In this document: in pieces, positions 1 to 14,307 of the stretch
Layout of the letters: the number at the start of each line of letters is the position of its first letter
How positions within the stretch are numbered: the stretch's first letter is position 1
Origin: Octopus sinensis
Taxonomy: Eukaryota
Assembly: GCF_006345805.1 (NCBI RefSeq)
Contig: NC_043009.1
Span: 50,716,001 to 50,780,000 of the forward strand
DNA: 64,000 nucleotides
Direction of reading: 5' to 3'
Translations under genes and position numbers: made by a program
The notes under the pieces: generated by a model
What the model saw: the letters and a program-made list of their open reading frames with translations, nothing else
What the model was told of the DNA's origin: nothing
Database searches by the model: none

Positions 1-244
1 CAATGACATTAAACATCACTATTACGACAGTTCATTTTCCTTCAAATCATAGTAGGGCAGCAGTTGTCCCTACTACACAAAATAATTTCTAACAAAGACA
101 CAATCCCCTAACATTTAGGTAGAAGAGTATTTGATTATATTTATCTAGTATAAGACTGGTAGTTATTTTTATCAGCTCTAAGAGAATGAAAGACAAAAAT
201 TAACCTCAAGAGGATTTAAACAAAAGCAGCAGAGTATTATACCT

Positions 245-470
245 TAGAGGTGCAGATGTGACTATGTGGTTCAGAAGCTTGGTTCCCGACCACATGGTCT
301 TGAGTTCAGTTCCACTGCATGATACTTTGGGCAAATGTTTTCTGGTATAAACCCCAGGCTGACCAAAGCCTTATGAGAGGATTTGGTAGAAGAAAACTGA
401 AAGAAGGCCACTGTATATACACATATATGTGCATTTATGTATACCCTTGTCTTGACATCACATAATGGTT
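245..470 (+). mobile_element. Degenerate 5' half of SINE family A
   Basis: Diverged match to the head and body of the copy at 7449-7840. Confidence 0.7.
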
Positions 471-1110
471 GTAAACTTGTATTACAAAATACGTTCAATT
501 CCAGTCTTCCCTGTAAAATATTTCTGGTCATATTACCTTACCTGGAAACAGGCGAAGGTTGGTGGCAGGAAAGGCATCTGGCTGTAGAGAATGTGTCTCA
601 ATAAACTTCATTTAACCTATTAAATGATGATAATGAGGATAATTCATTGCTACTTCTGTCAATTTCCAATCTGATGCTTGACCAATTTTGTCATGTCACC
701 ATCCTAGCGCTCTACCAGTTTTACCAATACACCACTCTGGTGCTCCACCAATCCTGCCAATGCACTACCCTCTTCTTAGTCAGAAATAACAGGTTCTGTC
801 AAATAAATTTTTCAATATTTAAAAGAAAAATCTTATGGACAGAACCTACTTCAACTGCTGAGCAGTTCTTGATTTGAAGAACTTCCTGGGCAGCATTAAG
901 TATTTAATTTCTTAGAATACCTGGTATTGGTTTTGCATTTGTTGTTAGGTGAAGATAGGAGAGGTGTTCTTATGTCTGCAGTTAAAGCTAGAAGAAATCT
1001 AAAGAGAAACACTGAATCTTTTCATATAAGAGATTGACACAGATAACCTCTTGGTATTTATTAAGATCTCTATAGAAATGTCATCGGAAGTTGCTATTTA
1101 TTTCTCATAC

Positions 1111-1150
1111 CGTGTAACGGGATCTCATTCATGAACAAGGAGTCAGTTTA
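1111..1150 (-). other. Candidate small exon (5'UTR plus possible start, MNEIPLH...) of a gene continuing beyond the left window edge
   Basis: Minus strand: long pyrimidine tract ...ctctcctttccctatctctttttcag | 40 nt | GTATGA donor. All three frames have a stop from the acceptor. An ATG at 1132-1130 opens ATG AAT GAG ATC CCG TTA CAC G to the donor. Confidence 0.45.
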
Positions 1151-2014
1151 CTGAAAAAGAGATAGGGAAAGGAGAGTGAGAAAGAGAGAAAAACAGAGAC
1201 AGCAGAGAGAGAGAGAGAGAAAGAGAAAGAGGGCAGGAGAGAGAAACACACAGAGAAATGAATGCACACCTGAGTGCATGTTTAACAAGTACAAACATAT
1301 CTTTGTGAAACAAGCAACAAACAATGAAATCTTAAAGATCACAATAATATTTTAAAGAAAACTTGAACAAAGCATTATGAAAATAATTTTCGCATTTTTC
1401 TTTTTGTTATATATAATTTTATTTCTACCTGATGGAATCAAATCTAATGCCATAATTTGTGGAAATTATTTCTACAGTCTGCTGAAAAATTTACAAGAAA
1501 TTCTAAGTTATTAAATGAAGTAATGGAGCTGAACATGTAAACAAAGTTGATATTAGTTAATAATTTTTAGACAGGAAGACTCCAACCACATAGCAATATT
1601 CTTTAGGGATTGCTACATCAAAGAAGTGTTTTATGACATTACTAGCATGCAATTTATTGCTGATACTGGTAATACTGCTACTACTACTGCTACTATTACT
1701 ATAATTACAACAATATCTTTTGGTGTTCCTTTTGTCTTTTTTTTTTTTCTTTTAATTAGTTACACTTTGTGAGAAGCATGAAACACATTTTTCAGAGACT
1801 TATAATACTCAAGGTAAAAAGCTTAAATTACAGGCTTAATAGTAGCTGCCATCTTTGAATAGTAGGCACCAGGCTGACTGGTAAACTTGAGGAGGCAAAA
1901 ATGACATCATTAGACAAGAGGATGACAGTCAGATATAATTTAAGGATTGAAAAAAAAATGTCTCAAGAAGTGGAAGTCAAAGATGGTATAAAATAGGTGG
2001 AAACAGACTTTTGA

Positions 2015-2040
2015 ACACACACACACACACACACACACAC

Positions 2041-2136
<96 letters not shown>
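2015..2136. repeat. (CA)n microsatellite
   Basis: Nearly pure CA run; source of the VCVC ORF. Confidence 0.98.
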
Positions 2137-2138
<2 letters not shown>

Positions 2139-3554
2139 CTTTGATTAATATAATTATCAGTCATCTTCAGGTATAAGACAATTCAGTGCTACAGGTGAAA
2201 ATGATCTTGTAAACTTTATGAACACCTGTTAAGCTCATCTTGCTGCTGTGCCTCAGATTGGTCTGAGTGAAAACATATGATCAAGGGCATTCCAGTCATG
2301 ACCATCCAATTCTTTTTTCCCTTTAGGCTATATTATCAGGAATCAGATCCTGTGTCAGGCCTTTTTAAGATAGTAGAATGAGGGAAGTGAGATTTAGCCA
2401 CTATTTTTGGCAGTGACCATATTTCTTTGCAAAATCTCAGGTAGTATTCATCTGTGAATTTAAAAACCCTTAAGTAAAATGAAATATTATTCAATAAGTT
2501 ATGGAGTTAGTTAGCTTAACTCTAAATTGTGAAGCTTTAAATATACAAAATACCCCTCTAGTTTGGTTACTAGTCCATAAGTAGCTTTTCCTAAAAATGT
2601 TGATCCTAAATTCAGATAAAAATAGAGAATCTTTTACCATAAACATATAAGAAAAAAAATCTGCACTTTAAAAATAGCAGACTGCCAGGTTAAATAAGAA
2701 AACAAAGAATTTCACAAACAAACATAGAGTTCAGATAAGTAAATTGCCTTTCTTGCGTAACTCCAGTATGATATACACAACACAATCAGGAAAGACAGGA
2801 GTTTATACAATAACTACTCAGCTATTGCAACTCTCTAAGTAAAAGAAGAATTGAAACCAACTGATAAAATTTAGCCTGCAAGAAAGATGAAAAGAAACTG
2901 TCCTACAAATTCATCTGATATATGGAAAAACAACCATTAAACCAATAATTATATTAGCTGATATTTTTTAACTTCCAATTACCATAAAACATTTTTGCAG
3001 ATAAACAGACTTAAATCTAGTTAAATATTGGCAATAAATATTTTCATCTTGTTATCAAATAGCTACAGTGATATTGCAATTTAATTCTGAATATTGTGTT
3101 GTTTATTATTATTTCTTTTTTCTGTGATAAAGGGGATAAGACCTTATCAACAAGCTTGCAATTGGGAAAATTTAATCAAGTTAGATGTACTACATCAGTA
3201 ATCATTCCTAGCCAAGGTTGCCAATTACAGCTTTGCCTACAGAGTGTACAAAATATATTGAAATGAAGTTACTGAAGATATTATGTATATATATATATAT
3301 ATATATGCATAAGTATGTGTGTATATATATATATGTATATATAATTTATATGTCCACTTTTCCATGCTTCTATGAAATTCTGTGGAGGTGGAGCTTCTAT
3401 TGCCAAATGCCCTTCATGTTGGCAACTATCACTACTTTCTAAGTAAAGTAACAGAGAACACTTCTTGCATGATAGATACATTTGTTTACAATAATCACAC
3501 AATGTCAAAGAAAGAAGACAGTAACACCACCTCCCCTATATATATATATATATA

Positions 3555-3750
3555 TATGGTGAGGGTTGTGTATATAATTGTATACAATGGGTTTTTTTCA
3601 GTTTCTGTCTACCAAATCCACAAGGCTTTGGTTGGCCTGGGGCTACAGCACAAGACACTTACATAAAGTGCCACAGAGTGGGATTGAACCCAGAACCATG
3701 TGGTTGGCAAGAAGTAAACCTCTTACTACACAGCCATGCCTACTTTTATA
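3555..3750 (-). mobile_element. SINE family A, 5' half
   Basis: tttcagtttctgtctaccaaatccacaaggctttggttggcc...cttactacacagccatgcc matches the reverse complement of the A head. Confidence 0.8.
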
Positions 3751-3849
3751 CATAAATACATACATGTGCAACTCCAGAATTATCTGCATACAAAATAATA
3801 TGGCATATAAAAATAAAACAAATACAATAATCACATTCCAGCTACTTTC

Positions 3850-4310
3850 ACTGCCTATGCTTTTGACCATGTATTCAAATTCAATAGCTAGTCCCTCCAT
3901 CTCTAACACATTTCCCATTGAGTAATATTTTCATGTTTCTTTCTTCTCAGCATCAGTGATGGCACATTTACCGATGTCATTCTATGCACACTTTTCCCCA
4001 GTGATATCTTGCTTTGCACAGACAGAATACCTTGTAATCTGAAAGACCTTACACCTCTGATCTTGTTGAATAGCATTGACAAAATCTCTTACTTTCTGCT
4101 TCTCTTCTTTCTAAGTATATTTGATGACTAGCTTCTCTCTTAACAACCTGCTATTGTTCTTTGATTTTTCCACGCTTTCCCAGTCTTCACATGCTTACCT
4201 TCTTTTGTAAGACATCGTACCTCACCACACCTCAGCTCCAACATCTTTATCATCTCTCCAGATTTACTTACTACTTTTCCAAGTGTCAACATTGATGGTG
4301 GCAAACCTAT
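3850..4310 (-). pseudogene. Decayed RTE-clade LINE ORF fragment (endonuclease N-terminus joined to the pre-RT region)
   Basis: Minus translation with stops and frameshifts gives ATINVDT...SGEMIKMLELR (RTE NVGT..SGEIVEMLERR motif), then REASHQIYLERREAE and DITGEKC...TDAEKKET. Confidence 0.65.
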
Positions 4311-5399
4311 AGTTTTGTACTCAACACAATAAGGGACAAGACAAACTACAGTTTCTGTCTACTAAATTCCACTCACCAAGATAGGCTATAGTAGAAGATA
4401 TTTACTGAAAGTGTCATGCAGGAGAAATGTATCTAGAAACAAAATGATTGCAATAGTCTTCATAACTAAATAGCTGTGCCTATGCATCACTAGTTGGCAC
4501 AGCTGGTTTGCTGCCAACTATCAAACACTGATAGTCACTTAAAATTAATTTGTTTTTAATGTAAGAAGCAATCTAAAGCAATATCAACAGCCAAGTATTG
4601 TTCAAATTTATAAAGAAATAACTATCTCTTCTTGAAAGATTCATTATGTTTAGATAGCTGTAATTTGAAGGCAACACTTATTCACAACCTCATCATAAGA
4701 TCAACTTTGAATAGGATGTCATCAAGCTTGTCAATCATTCTCAAGTTTAAAACTCTAATTGAAAAACAAATAAATTATGCTTGTGTGGAAGTTAAAAACA
4801 AATTGAAATATGTGAAAGTCTTATGATTATGTAAATGTAGAGTATATGGAATTGTTGCAAATAAGGTGAAATTGTCATAGGAATTGTAAAGGAAAGTAAA
4901 AGAAAAGCTGCAATAAGCATCATTCACACACACACACAAGCCATTTACTACATATGTATTTTAGGTCACTTTGAGTGCTACAGGTAACAACAGGCTATAA
5001 AACTGAACCATCAACAACTCAACTGGCACCCACATCAGGTTAGTCTGGTGACAGCATTTGTGAGGAAACCCAAAAGGAGAAAATCAACATCTTTAAAATG
5101 ATCAAATGAACCCTAGTATAGGATCATCAACTATCTAACTATAATGTACAGGAATACAGGATACTTGAAATGGTGATTTGGTCTCCTGCCAAGCTTTACA
5201 AGAGTCAAGGTTTATAAGTGTTACAGTAAATCTCCATTTGCCTTTAATACCTTAATACCATTGGTGGAAGAGTTTAAATTAGCAAGAGCTGGCTGCTACA
5301 TGACGCCCAGGAATTTGGTAGATTTTATTGTTCATGTGTGCTAACCTGTGGTCTCAGCAGGAAAAAAATGGGATGTGATGGAGATCACTTTGGAATGGA

Positions 5400-6050
5400 A
5401 GAGGTGATAGGAACAAATGGATAATTCATCTTCATCCGCATCAAGTCCTTACCCGTCTTCTCTTTTGCAAACCTACATCTGACTCCTCTACTGCATAGTT
5501 TTCTTTCAACTCATTTTTTGTACAATCGTTCATCTACATTAATGTTATACATCCAGCAGAGCAGGCTCACTTCATTTTTTACTAGCTTCCACACATCTCC
5601 TTACATTTGCTATCCATGTTTTCCTCCTAAGTAAAATCACACTTTTGTATGCAAACATCATACTGTTTACTCTTCATTGATAGGATCTTCTTGTTGACAA
5701 TATTGGTGACAGATTCCTAAATTTCTCCCTTCTAGTTTCTATTCTGGCGACTATGCTTTCAGAACACCATCTATCTATTTCTAAACTGGTCATCTCTGTG
5801 TATTCAACAGAATTTTCTCCATGTCTGTTCCTGTGCATCTGCCACATTTAAGGTATTTCTTTTTTGGCAACCTGGGTACCCTCTATGCAATTCCCACCTA
5901 CTCCATTTCTGCATAACAAGGATGACTACTTCCTAGATGACAATACTGAAATCTTGGCTGCTTTGCTGTATAACTAAAAACATTGTATTTGCCCCATTTG
6001 CTTTGCGGTTTCTCAATTCTAGGCTTCAGTTCCTTGAAATTTCTATTCTA
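5400..6050 (-). pseudogene. Decayed RTE-clade reverse transcriptase C-terminal fragment
   Basis: Minus translation gives ESIVARIE..REKFRNLSPILST and NEVSLLCWMYNINV, resembling the RTE post-RT region; many stops. Confidence 0.6.
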
Positions 6051-7409
6051 TATCTTACACAGGTTGCAACATACATAGTAAATAGCCTTAGACACACACA
6101 CACACACACACACACGTGTGTGTACATTTACTGAAATGCACACACATCTATCCATTTTTGTGAGAATCAACAGGTGCCTGCCAATGACTATGTGTTGCCA
6201 TGCACAAGAGCTGAATCAACAAAGTGTTTGAAAGAGAATCTGTCCAAATGACAAATTTTCAAACCAGAATCTCTGCAAAAGATGATTTACTTTTCAAATC
6301 AGGTTTGCAGTATGAGAAAAGTGTTTTAGAGCAGCAGGTGTTGTTTATTCCAGCATTCACACAATATTTCTTATCACTTGAGTTTCAAGGGGGGAAAAAA
6401 ATCTCTATTTCAGATCAAATATACAAGCAGTTTTTTTTTTCTTAATAAGTCACACAAAACAGGTAAAAACTAACAGAACAAGAAAAATAATGATTAATAA
6501 TAATAATAATAATACTAATGATAGTAATATTTAATGGTCAATTAAAAATATACACATAAAGTAATTAGTATGTTAGAATGTGTGTGTGTGTGTGTAGGCA
6601 CGTGTGCGTGTGTATGTGTGTGTGTGTATACATGCACACAAATCCATATTTTGTAAATATGTATAAGCAGATGTATTTATGAAGGCATGTGACTTTCTGT
6701 ACAACAAATATATAACTGAATATATAAGAATGTATACATGCAGAGGTGTTCATGGACAAATGCATGTGAATGCCATACATATCAAGTGCACATGAACGTG
6801 TGTATACAACTATGCATGTTCATAAATTGCATAAAAGCATAAGTATGTGTACTGAGAGAAGTATATAAATACATATACACATATATTTATATATATATAT
6901 GTTATAAACACACATATGTATTTGTGTGCACAGGCACACATAGAGACACACAAGCTTCAATAAAAGTAGGAAAAGATTTTGAAAAAGAATGTTTTAAAGA
7001 AACCTCAATAGATGTTTAGATATTTTAGCAGGAAAAAAGAGATAATGCTTTCCTAAAAGCCAGTATCTTGGAGGTTAGAGGAAGAAAGAACAAGAAATGT
7101 TTTTAATAAAGAACCTTGTTGAATTCAAAGATCAAATATCAGTTCTTGTGAAAGTAAAAGGAGCGGTACTTTTTCAAAGACTCTAGTGTCTTAGACAATC
7201 ATTTACAATTTCATTTGTTCTTGCTCTACCAGGTTTTATCTCCATTGTTAAGTGTTTATGTGAATGCATTGTGTTCACAGATTTATATGTGAGTTGGTGT
7301 ATCTAATTCCTTATATAACATGTGTGTAAATGTACAAATGTGTTTACACTGAAGATATGTATGTGTGTTGTATATACAGATTATCTTTATCATACTGCCT
7401 CCCGATGTG

Positions 7410-7448
<39 letters not shown>

Positions 7449-7450
<2 letters not shown>

Positions 7451-7840
7451 CGTAGGAGTGGCTGTGTGGTAAGTAGCTTGCCTACGAACCACATGGTTCT
7501 GGGTTCAGTCCTACTGCGTGGCACCTTGGGCAAGTGTCTTCTACTATAGCCTCGGGCTGACCAAAGCCTTGTGAATGGATTTGGTAGACGGAAACTGAAA
7601 GAAGTCCGTCGTATATATGTATATATATATATATATGTGCATGTGTTTATCCCCCTAGTATTGCTTGACAACCGATGCTGGTGTGTTTGTGTCCCCTTCA
7701 CTTAGCGGTTCGGCAAAAGAGACCGATAGAATAAGTACTAGGCTTACAAAGAATAAGTCCCGGGGTCGATTTGTTCGACTAAAGGCGGTGCTCCAGCATG
7801 GCTGCAGTCAAATGACTGAAATAAGTAAAAGAGTAAAGAG
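7449..7840 (+). mobile_element. Full-length tRNA-derived SINE family A
   Basis: Head GGCGTAGGAGTGGCTGTGTGGTAAG...GGGTTCAGTCC (A/B-box-like), internal (TA)n, 3' GGGGTCGAT module, (AAGAGTA)n-type tail. Confidence 0.92.
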
Positions 7841-8399
7841 TATATATAGGTATACACACTGAGAACACAATGTGTTCAGCATATCTACTATGTTCAAGTA
7901 TATATATAGAAGGTCTACATTTATGTGTGTAGCATGGCTGTGCATGTGTGTGTAGGTGTGTGTGCCTATGCAAGCATATGCCTGTGTATGCATGCAGTGG
8001 TGTATCAAGATTTCTATCTCCATGCATGTGTAAGTGTCACCCAAACTTTATAATTTTTTTCGATGTATGTCTGACCTAGCACAACTATAAAGTTTCATTT
8101 CCTTTATTTCTCTGTAGGTTAACACATACTTTTGAGTATATATCATGAACATCATTATTTTTTGCCTACTTTCCATGCTGGCATGAACTGAATGGCTCAC
8201 CATAGTCTAAGCCAGTTCTTATTTGGAACTACTGCCTCTAAGAAGATTCCATCAGACTCATACATTTTCATTGCTGGTTTGGTCCTTCCTATCACCAACC
8301 AATTAACAGAGTGTATTGGATGCATTTTATCATGGCACCAAAAATAGAGAGGTGTTTTGTGACTCGGTATGATTAAAAATTAAAGGTATGATAAAAGAA

Positions 8400-8630
8400 G
8401 GCGGCGAGCTGGCAGAAACGTCAGCACGCCGGATGAAATGCTTAGCAGTATTTCGTCTGTCATTACGCTGTGAGTTCAAATTCCGCCAAGGTTGACTTTG
8501 CCTTTCATCCTTTCGGGGTCGATAAATCAGGTACCAGTTGCGCACTGGGGTCGATGTAATCGACTTAATACCTATGTCTGTCCTTGTTTGTCCCCTCCAT
8601 GTTTAGCCCCTTGTGGGTAATAAAGAAATA
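8400..8630 (+). mobile_element. SINE family B (CORE-type; resembles octopus OR-type SINEs)
   Basis: GGCGGCGAGCTGGCAGAA...GAGTTCAAATTCC head; CCTTTCATCCTTTCGGGGTCGATAAA core; AATAAAGAAATA tail. Confidence 0.9.
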
Positions 8631-9045
8631 GGTATGATTAAAGGTTCCTCTTACTCTATAATGTATTTGTTCATTCAATGCAAATTGATAAAGAAGGCGA
8701 AGTGGAGAGAGAGTGATTGAAGAAGAAGCAGGATGGATGGTTGAAAGGAGCAAGATTTTAATGATAGAAACAGTGAGTGGAGTGGGAAAGTGGTTGATAG
8801 GGAGAGAGATTGATAGATAGTTTTAGAAGTGGATAGTGGTAAGAATGTGTGATAGATGTGAATAACAAACAACCCCGTAGACAGAAAATGATGACTGGAG
8901 GTACAGAAAAGGTGATGGTAAAATATAGGAAATACAAGCAGATCTAATGCAGTACATTATACATAGACATCAAACAAATAGTAAAAGAGGTAGAGTGATA
9001 AGTATGGTAGGAGCATTGTAACGAATATGAGAAAGGTCCAATACC

Positions 9046-9273
9046 TATTTCTTTATTACCCACAAGGGGCTAAACACAGGGGGGACAAACAAGAACAGAC
9101 AAATGGATTAAGTCGATTATATCGACCCCAGTGCATAACTGGTACTTATTTAATCGACCCCCGAAAGGATGAAAGGCAAAGTCAACCTTGGCGGAATTTG
9201 AACTCAGAATGTAGGGGCAGACGAAATACCGCTAAGCATTTCGCCCGGTGTGCTAATGTTTCTGCCAGCTCAC
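9046..9273 (-). mobile_element. SINE family B with 16-bp target-site duplication
   Basis: Reverse-complement B copy flanked by AGAAAGGTCCAATACC at 9030-9045 and 9274-9289. Confidence 0.92.
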
Positions 9274-9584
9274 AGAAAGGTCCAATACCATCTCTCCACA
9301 ATAGTATGGTACAGCAAAAACAAAAGAGAGGGTGGTTGCTAGAGAGCTGAGAAAGATGGACAGGTCTAACGAAAACTTTAGTCACAAGAAAAGCATAGTA
9401 AAAGTAAATGGAAACAGAGAGTGGAGTGAAGATGAATAATCGAGAGATGAGTGACAGATCGATGCTGTCAAGTCTTACCTGCTGCCTACCGTCCTTCATT
9501 GATACCCTCTTTTCTTTCTATCACTTATCTTTGGTCATTGTTCCATGCATACATATATATAAGACAATTACAATGAATATGGAA

Positions 9585-9795
9585 ATTAGTACATCTGCAT
9601 ATTTTTTATTATAAATGGTTTAAATTTGTCCAATGTAATTTTCTTCTCTACAGACAACTAGCAGTTGCATCGAGTTACTTTCAACTGGTGCAAATCCAAT
9701 TACTAGTTGTCTATGCAGCAGAAACGTGTTAGAGAAACTTAAAGAAAATATGCTGTATAATTGAATGTAAAAATAAAATATGCAGATGTACTAAT
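9585..9795. mobile_element. Small palindromic MITE-like element
   Basis: 21-bp perfect inverted repeat ATTAGTACATCTGCATATTTT (9585-9605) / AAAATATGCAGATGTACTAAT (9775-9795), plus an inner AGACAACTA/TAGTTGTCT pair. Confidence 0.6.
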
Positions 9796-10013
9796 CTCTG
9801 TATTCAATACAGAGATTGGATATACACTTGATAAATTCTTATAATTTAGCAAAGTGAATCCTGGATTTACTAATCAGATGAAATACAGTGGAACTGCTTA
9901 CCCTGAGTAATCCTTGGTACTCCTTACAACTCAAAGTGGTTAGCCATAACCCAGATTATAACTGATTGCTTGTACAGTACCCACCTGAATACTTTATCCC
10001 AAGCTATTCATTA

Positions 10014-10059
10014 TATATATATATATACATACACACACACACATACATGTATATATATG

Positions 10060-10101
<42 letters not shown>

Positions 10102-10115
10102 ATGCACATATATAT

Positions 10116-10168
<53 letters not shown>

Positions 10169-10190
10169 ACATACATATACATATATATAT
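10014..10190. repeat. (TA)n-rich microsatellite
   Basis: Compound TA/CA run; source of the YIYI ORFs. Confidence 0.95.
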
Positions 10191-11825
10191 TGGTGTTGGT
10201 TTGTTTATATCCCTTTAACCTAGCATTAACTGGTACATATTTTATCCTTGAATATATAGATTTGAAACAGTACTAAATGATAAAAATTTTTTAAAAGAAA
10301 ACAAAAACAGAACCCTAAATAAAATATTGATTTGATGTTTTTAGATAATGATTGTACACATCAACATAATGCCACAAATATACAAGGTAGCAAGTATATT
10401 TCATAGAACCAGCCAGAAATTACTATGGTACTTAGATACTTATTTAATTTACTTTATTAAGATGAATGGAAAAGTTAACACCAGTTGGATTTCAGTTTGA
10501 AATATAGAGAACATAACAAAATATCATACTTTGGCTCTTTACTGATTGTGCCATTCCACCATTCTTGAATACTGGCTGAAGTGCTTTCATTAATCTATGG
10601 TAGCATACTCTTATTGATTGTTTGTTTTTTTTCTTTATAAATACAGTGAAAGTCAAACTGCTATATATCTATTAGTTGTAGAAATTACAAAAGGAAAAAC
10701 AAATTCATAGTTTTGATGGACAAGCATATTTGAACTTAAGTGCTGAAAGATGTTACTGCAACATTTACAGAGAGTTTGTCCTGGCAACCTTCATTCTAAT
10801 AATATTTTTCCTTCCTTCATCTATTTGAGCAAATAACTATACTCCTTTTGGAAAAACAACTGAATTCACAGTTGATGTTCTTCTCAAAGTTTGTTATTGA
10901 AAGCATATCTAGTTGGATTAGTTTAGAAAATACCTAAATCACAGGAAAGAATGAAGAAGATAGTGTCAAGTATTTAAATTGTTGGCGAAGAAAAAAGAGA
11001 ATTTAATAGGGGAATGAAAACAGCAACATTTTCTTTAGGTGAGGAGAGCAGACACATAAATGTTGCTTGCATACTTCCCAGCAAAAGAAAAAGATCAAAA
11101 TTCCACTAAGATGCGAACCATGTTAGTTCACGGCAAAATGTTAGATAAATAAAGTCAAAGACCTGTGTCGCCATGGAAAGTAAATATCAAAACAATAAAG
11201 AAATTACAAATAGAATTATCTGAGAATAAAAGAAAATAACTGCATCAACTATAGAAAAATAATGATCATGAAATAGAATACACACACACACACACACATA
11301 CATACTCACAAATACAAGAAAAGAAGTCCCATGGAAGAAACAAGACACACACACATGCACACACACAAGACAATTTCCTCTCATTGGAACCAAAGAATGG
11401 GGTAGGGATAAAGACCTAAGTTTAATCAAACTGACACCACTGACAGGTCAACTGACAACCATTTAATCATTTAGTCTCATTTATTTAAGTTTAAACTCAA
11501 CAACAACCATCACCATTGCTGATATTAACAGTGAAGTCGGCCAATGATTGAACCAAGCCTGCAGACTTATAAAAGTCAAAGGGGCCTCTGATGAGGCAAA
11601 TATAGTATATTGGGGTGTGGATTAGGGTTAAATATAGCGTAAAAAGAATATTATCGTAGAAGAAAAGACCATGTTGGGGAAGGATAGCATTAAAGTTAAT
11701 TCAACAGAATTTTCCAGGCTACTTAACTTCATCAAATTCAAAATTTTTGAAATGAGAATTTGAATTTTTGTTTTTTATTATTTTATCATTAGAAGGATAT
11801 GAATATCAAGAAAGGTATTCCTATG

Positions 11826-11826
<1 letters not shown>

Positions 11827-11864
<38 letters not shown>

Positions 11865-11893
11865 TAATAATAATAATAATATAATAATAATAA
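11827..11893. repeat. (AAT)n microsatellite
   Basis: Direct. Confidence 0.95.
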
Positions 11894-12244
11894 TTAGATT
11901 TGTGTTGATAAGTTAGGGTTGTTGTTTAGCCCCAGGGCAACCCTGGTGCAAACAAGAACTATGATGAAAGACAGTTTGTTTATAATCATCCCATCTTTTT
12001 GTTTATTAGGAACTATGTTGTCCAGTGCATTCTTCTCTATTTCAGATGAAGGGGTGTCAGCTGAGGTAGATTTTGACTATTTCTAGCAGATGGAGTGGCA
12101 ACATAGCAGTAATGCAATGGCTTGAACAAGATGTGGATGATGGAAAGGTAGTAGTAATTAATACATGTCAAACAGAGAGCTCTCATCTCTGAAGCTATGA
12201 CTAAGAGTTTTATCATGAAACTGTGAATATATGAAATTTATTTT

Positions 12245-12558
12245 TGTGCCGGTGGCACGTAAAAAGCACCATCCGATCGTAGCTGTTGCCAGCCCCGCCT
12301 GGCCCCTGTGCCGGTGGCACGTAAAAAGCACCGTCCGATCGTGGCCGTTTGCCAGCCTCGTCTGGCACCTATGCCGGTGGCACGTAAAAAGCACCCACTA
12401 CACTCATGGAGTGGTTGGCGTTAGGAAGGGCATCCAGCTGTAGAAACATTGCCAGATCAAACTGGGCCTGGTGCAGCCTTCTGGCTTCCCAGACCCCAGT
12501 TGAACCGTCCAACCCATGCTAGCATGGAAAGTGGATGCTAAACGATGATGATGATGAT
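12245..12558 (+). mobile_element. Retroposon 3' end family C with (GAT)n tail
   Basis: Three internal GTGCCGGTGGCACGTAAAAAGCAC repeats, then ...CCAACCCATGCTAGCATGGAAAG...AAACGATGATGATG. Related copies lie at 19.8-20.2 kb and 21.75-21.9 kb. Confidence 0.85.
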
Positions 12559-14307
12559 GTGTGTGTATATATACATTTCTTTTTGAATTAGTACACATGC
12601 TAGAAGCATGCATGTATGTGTGTGTGTGTGTGTGTGTGTGTTCGCTTGAGGAAGAGAGAGAGGAAAGATTTGAAAGCCTACTTTTAATTTGTAGTATGCT
12701 TTTTACAGGCCATCAGGAACATTCCACTTTAATATACAGGTGTATATTGATGGGGAGTGTTTATCAGATATTCTAATTACAAACATGAGAGTTAAACAAG
12801 CTGGTTATTGAAATTCAATGCATTACTAACAAAATGAAACTGACAGATATCATCATAGATATTTGTTAGACATAACAAACACACTGCCATTTTTTTTTAA
12901 TCTTGAAAAGGAAATATTAAATTCCTTTTGAAACACACCGTCTTAACTACTACCACTACAGAAGCCTCTGCTTCTTCTTAAAGCAGGTTGGTCTTGTATT
13001 ACTGCCACCCAGCACCACCAAACTCACTCACCTCTCCTCTTGTTCATATTGAGTCTTCTTTTCTATCTTCTAAGCCCCACACTAAAGACATAGAGCTTTA
13101 GAAGTCATTTTCTTCAAGCCATTCATGGCAGCATCAATGGAACTACAGAGTGTGCTCTTGGCACTTCAATGGTAACATCTTATCATGACATACAAGAAAG
13201 GGAAATAAAAGTGTGTGTCGGATACTCTCTTGAGAGCTTATCTCACTGACTTATCAGAACTAAACAACGTAGAGCAAATCAATGCACTTGATTATCACTC
13301 AGTCACAAAAGGCTAATACATTGAAATCCAAATTCCATCCAGAGCAAGCTATAAGAAGACCAAAGAACCACAGTTCAAGGCTAACCTGACAACAGATTCA
13401 AAGTCTCTGGTTCAGTGCAGCTGTCATTCTGGGACTCTAGAAGTGAACTGGCTGTCTCTGACAGAATAATGTAGAAGGGAATGAGAATTAACATTATACC
13501 AAAACTATGCCCCAAAATGCTGAATAAAACAGACAAGTGACACATGGACATTACAAAATACACACATCATGCCAAGGAAATCATGTACTAGCCAACATCG
13601 GAATATGAAATTGAACAAAAGATTATGAGCTGTGTGGAAAATATTCCAAATGCTATGTAATCTGAATCATTTAAAACCCACAAAGATTCCAACATTTGTG
13701 GAGAGCAGAACAAACGTTTTTGAATTTGAGTCAGAAATGTTGTTACCTATTGATTACTACTCAAAAATTCATAAGCTGATCAGCTGCCAGACATGCAATA
13801 GCTCCATTATAACTGAGAAACTAAAAGGTCAATTTAGCAAACAGTATCTCTTGTACATCCTGCTATGCCAATGGACATTATTTTTCCAGTGAATTATTTC
13901 AAACATTTTGCACAGACTTTGGCAGGAAGAACAAGACAAGCAGCCCAAATCAAACAGCAAGTCAGGTTTCTCCATACAAATGGCAAAGTGATCATAACAA
14001 AAAGCTGAAGACAAACATATAGTACTCTTCACTCATCAAATCACACCCCACAAGGGATTAATTTGTTTGTCATACCACTACTCAAGAACCAAAATCCCTA
14101 GAATCAACTGATTTGCAACACAAGAAGTGCCCTGAATTTCCAGGATGTATGGTATCACTTCATCCCTGCTTCTGGTCATCTTTGCTCTCCTGCTATTGCA
14201 ATAGTCTCCTCTGAAATCCACTTTGCTGATCATGTGGGTTTCTTGTACAGTACATGTTTCTCTGCTGTTTCAACGGCAATTTCCTTCACCTTTTCCCATA
14301 TTTCTTC

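Noticed and set aside
11588-11600. CTGATGAG hammerhead-like core (also at 35336)
   Set aside because: No stem II-GAAA-stem III-UH arrangement; the 35336 instance encodes TDE within the mariner relic.
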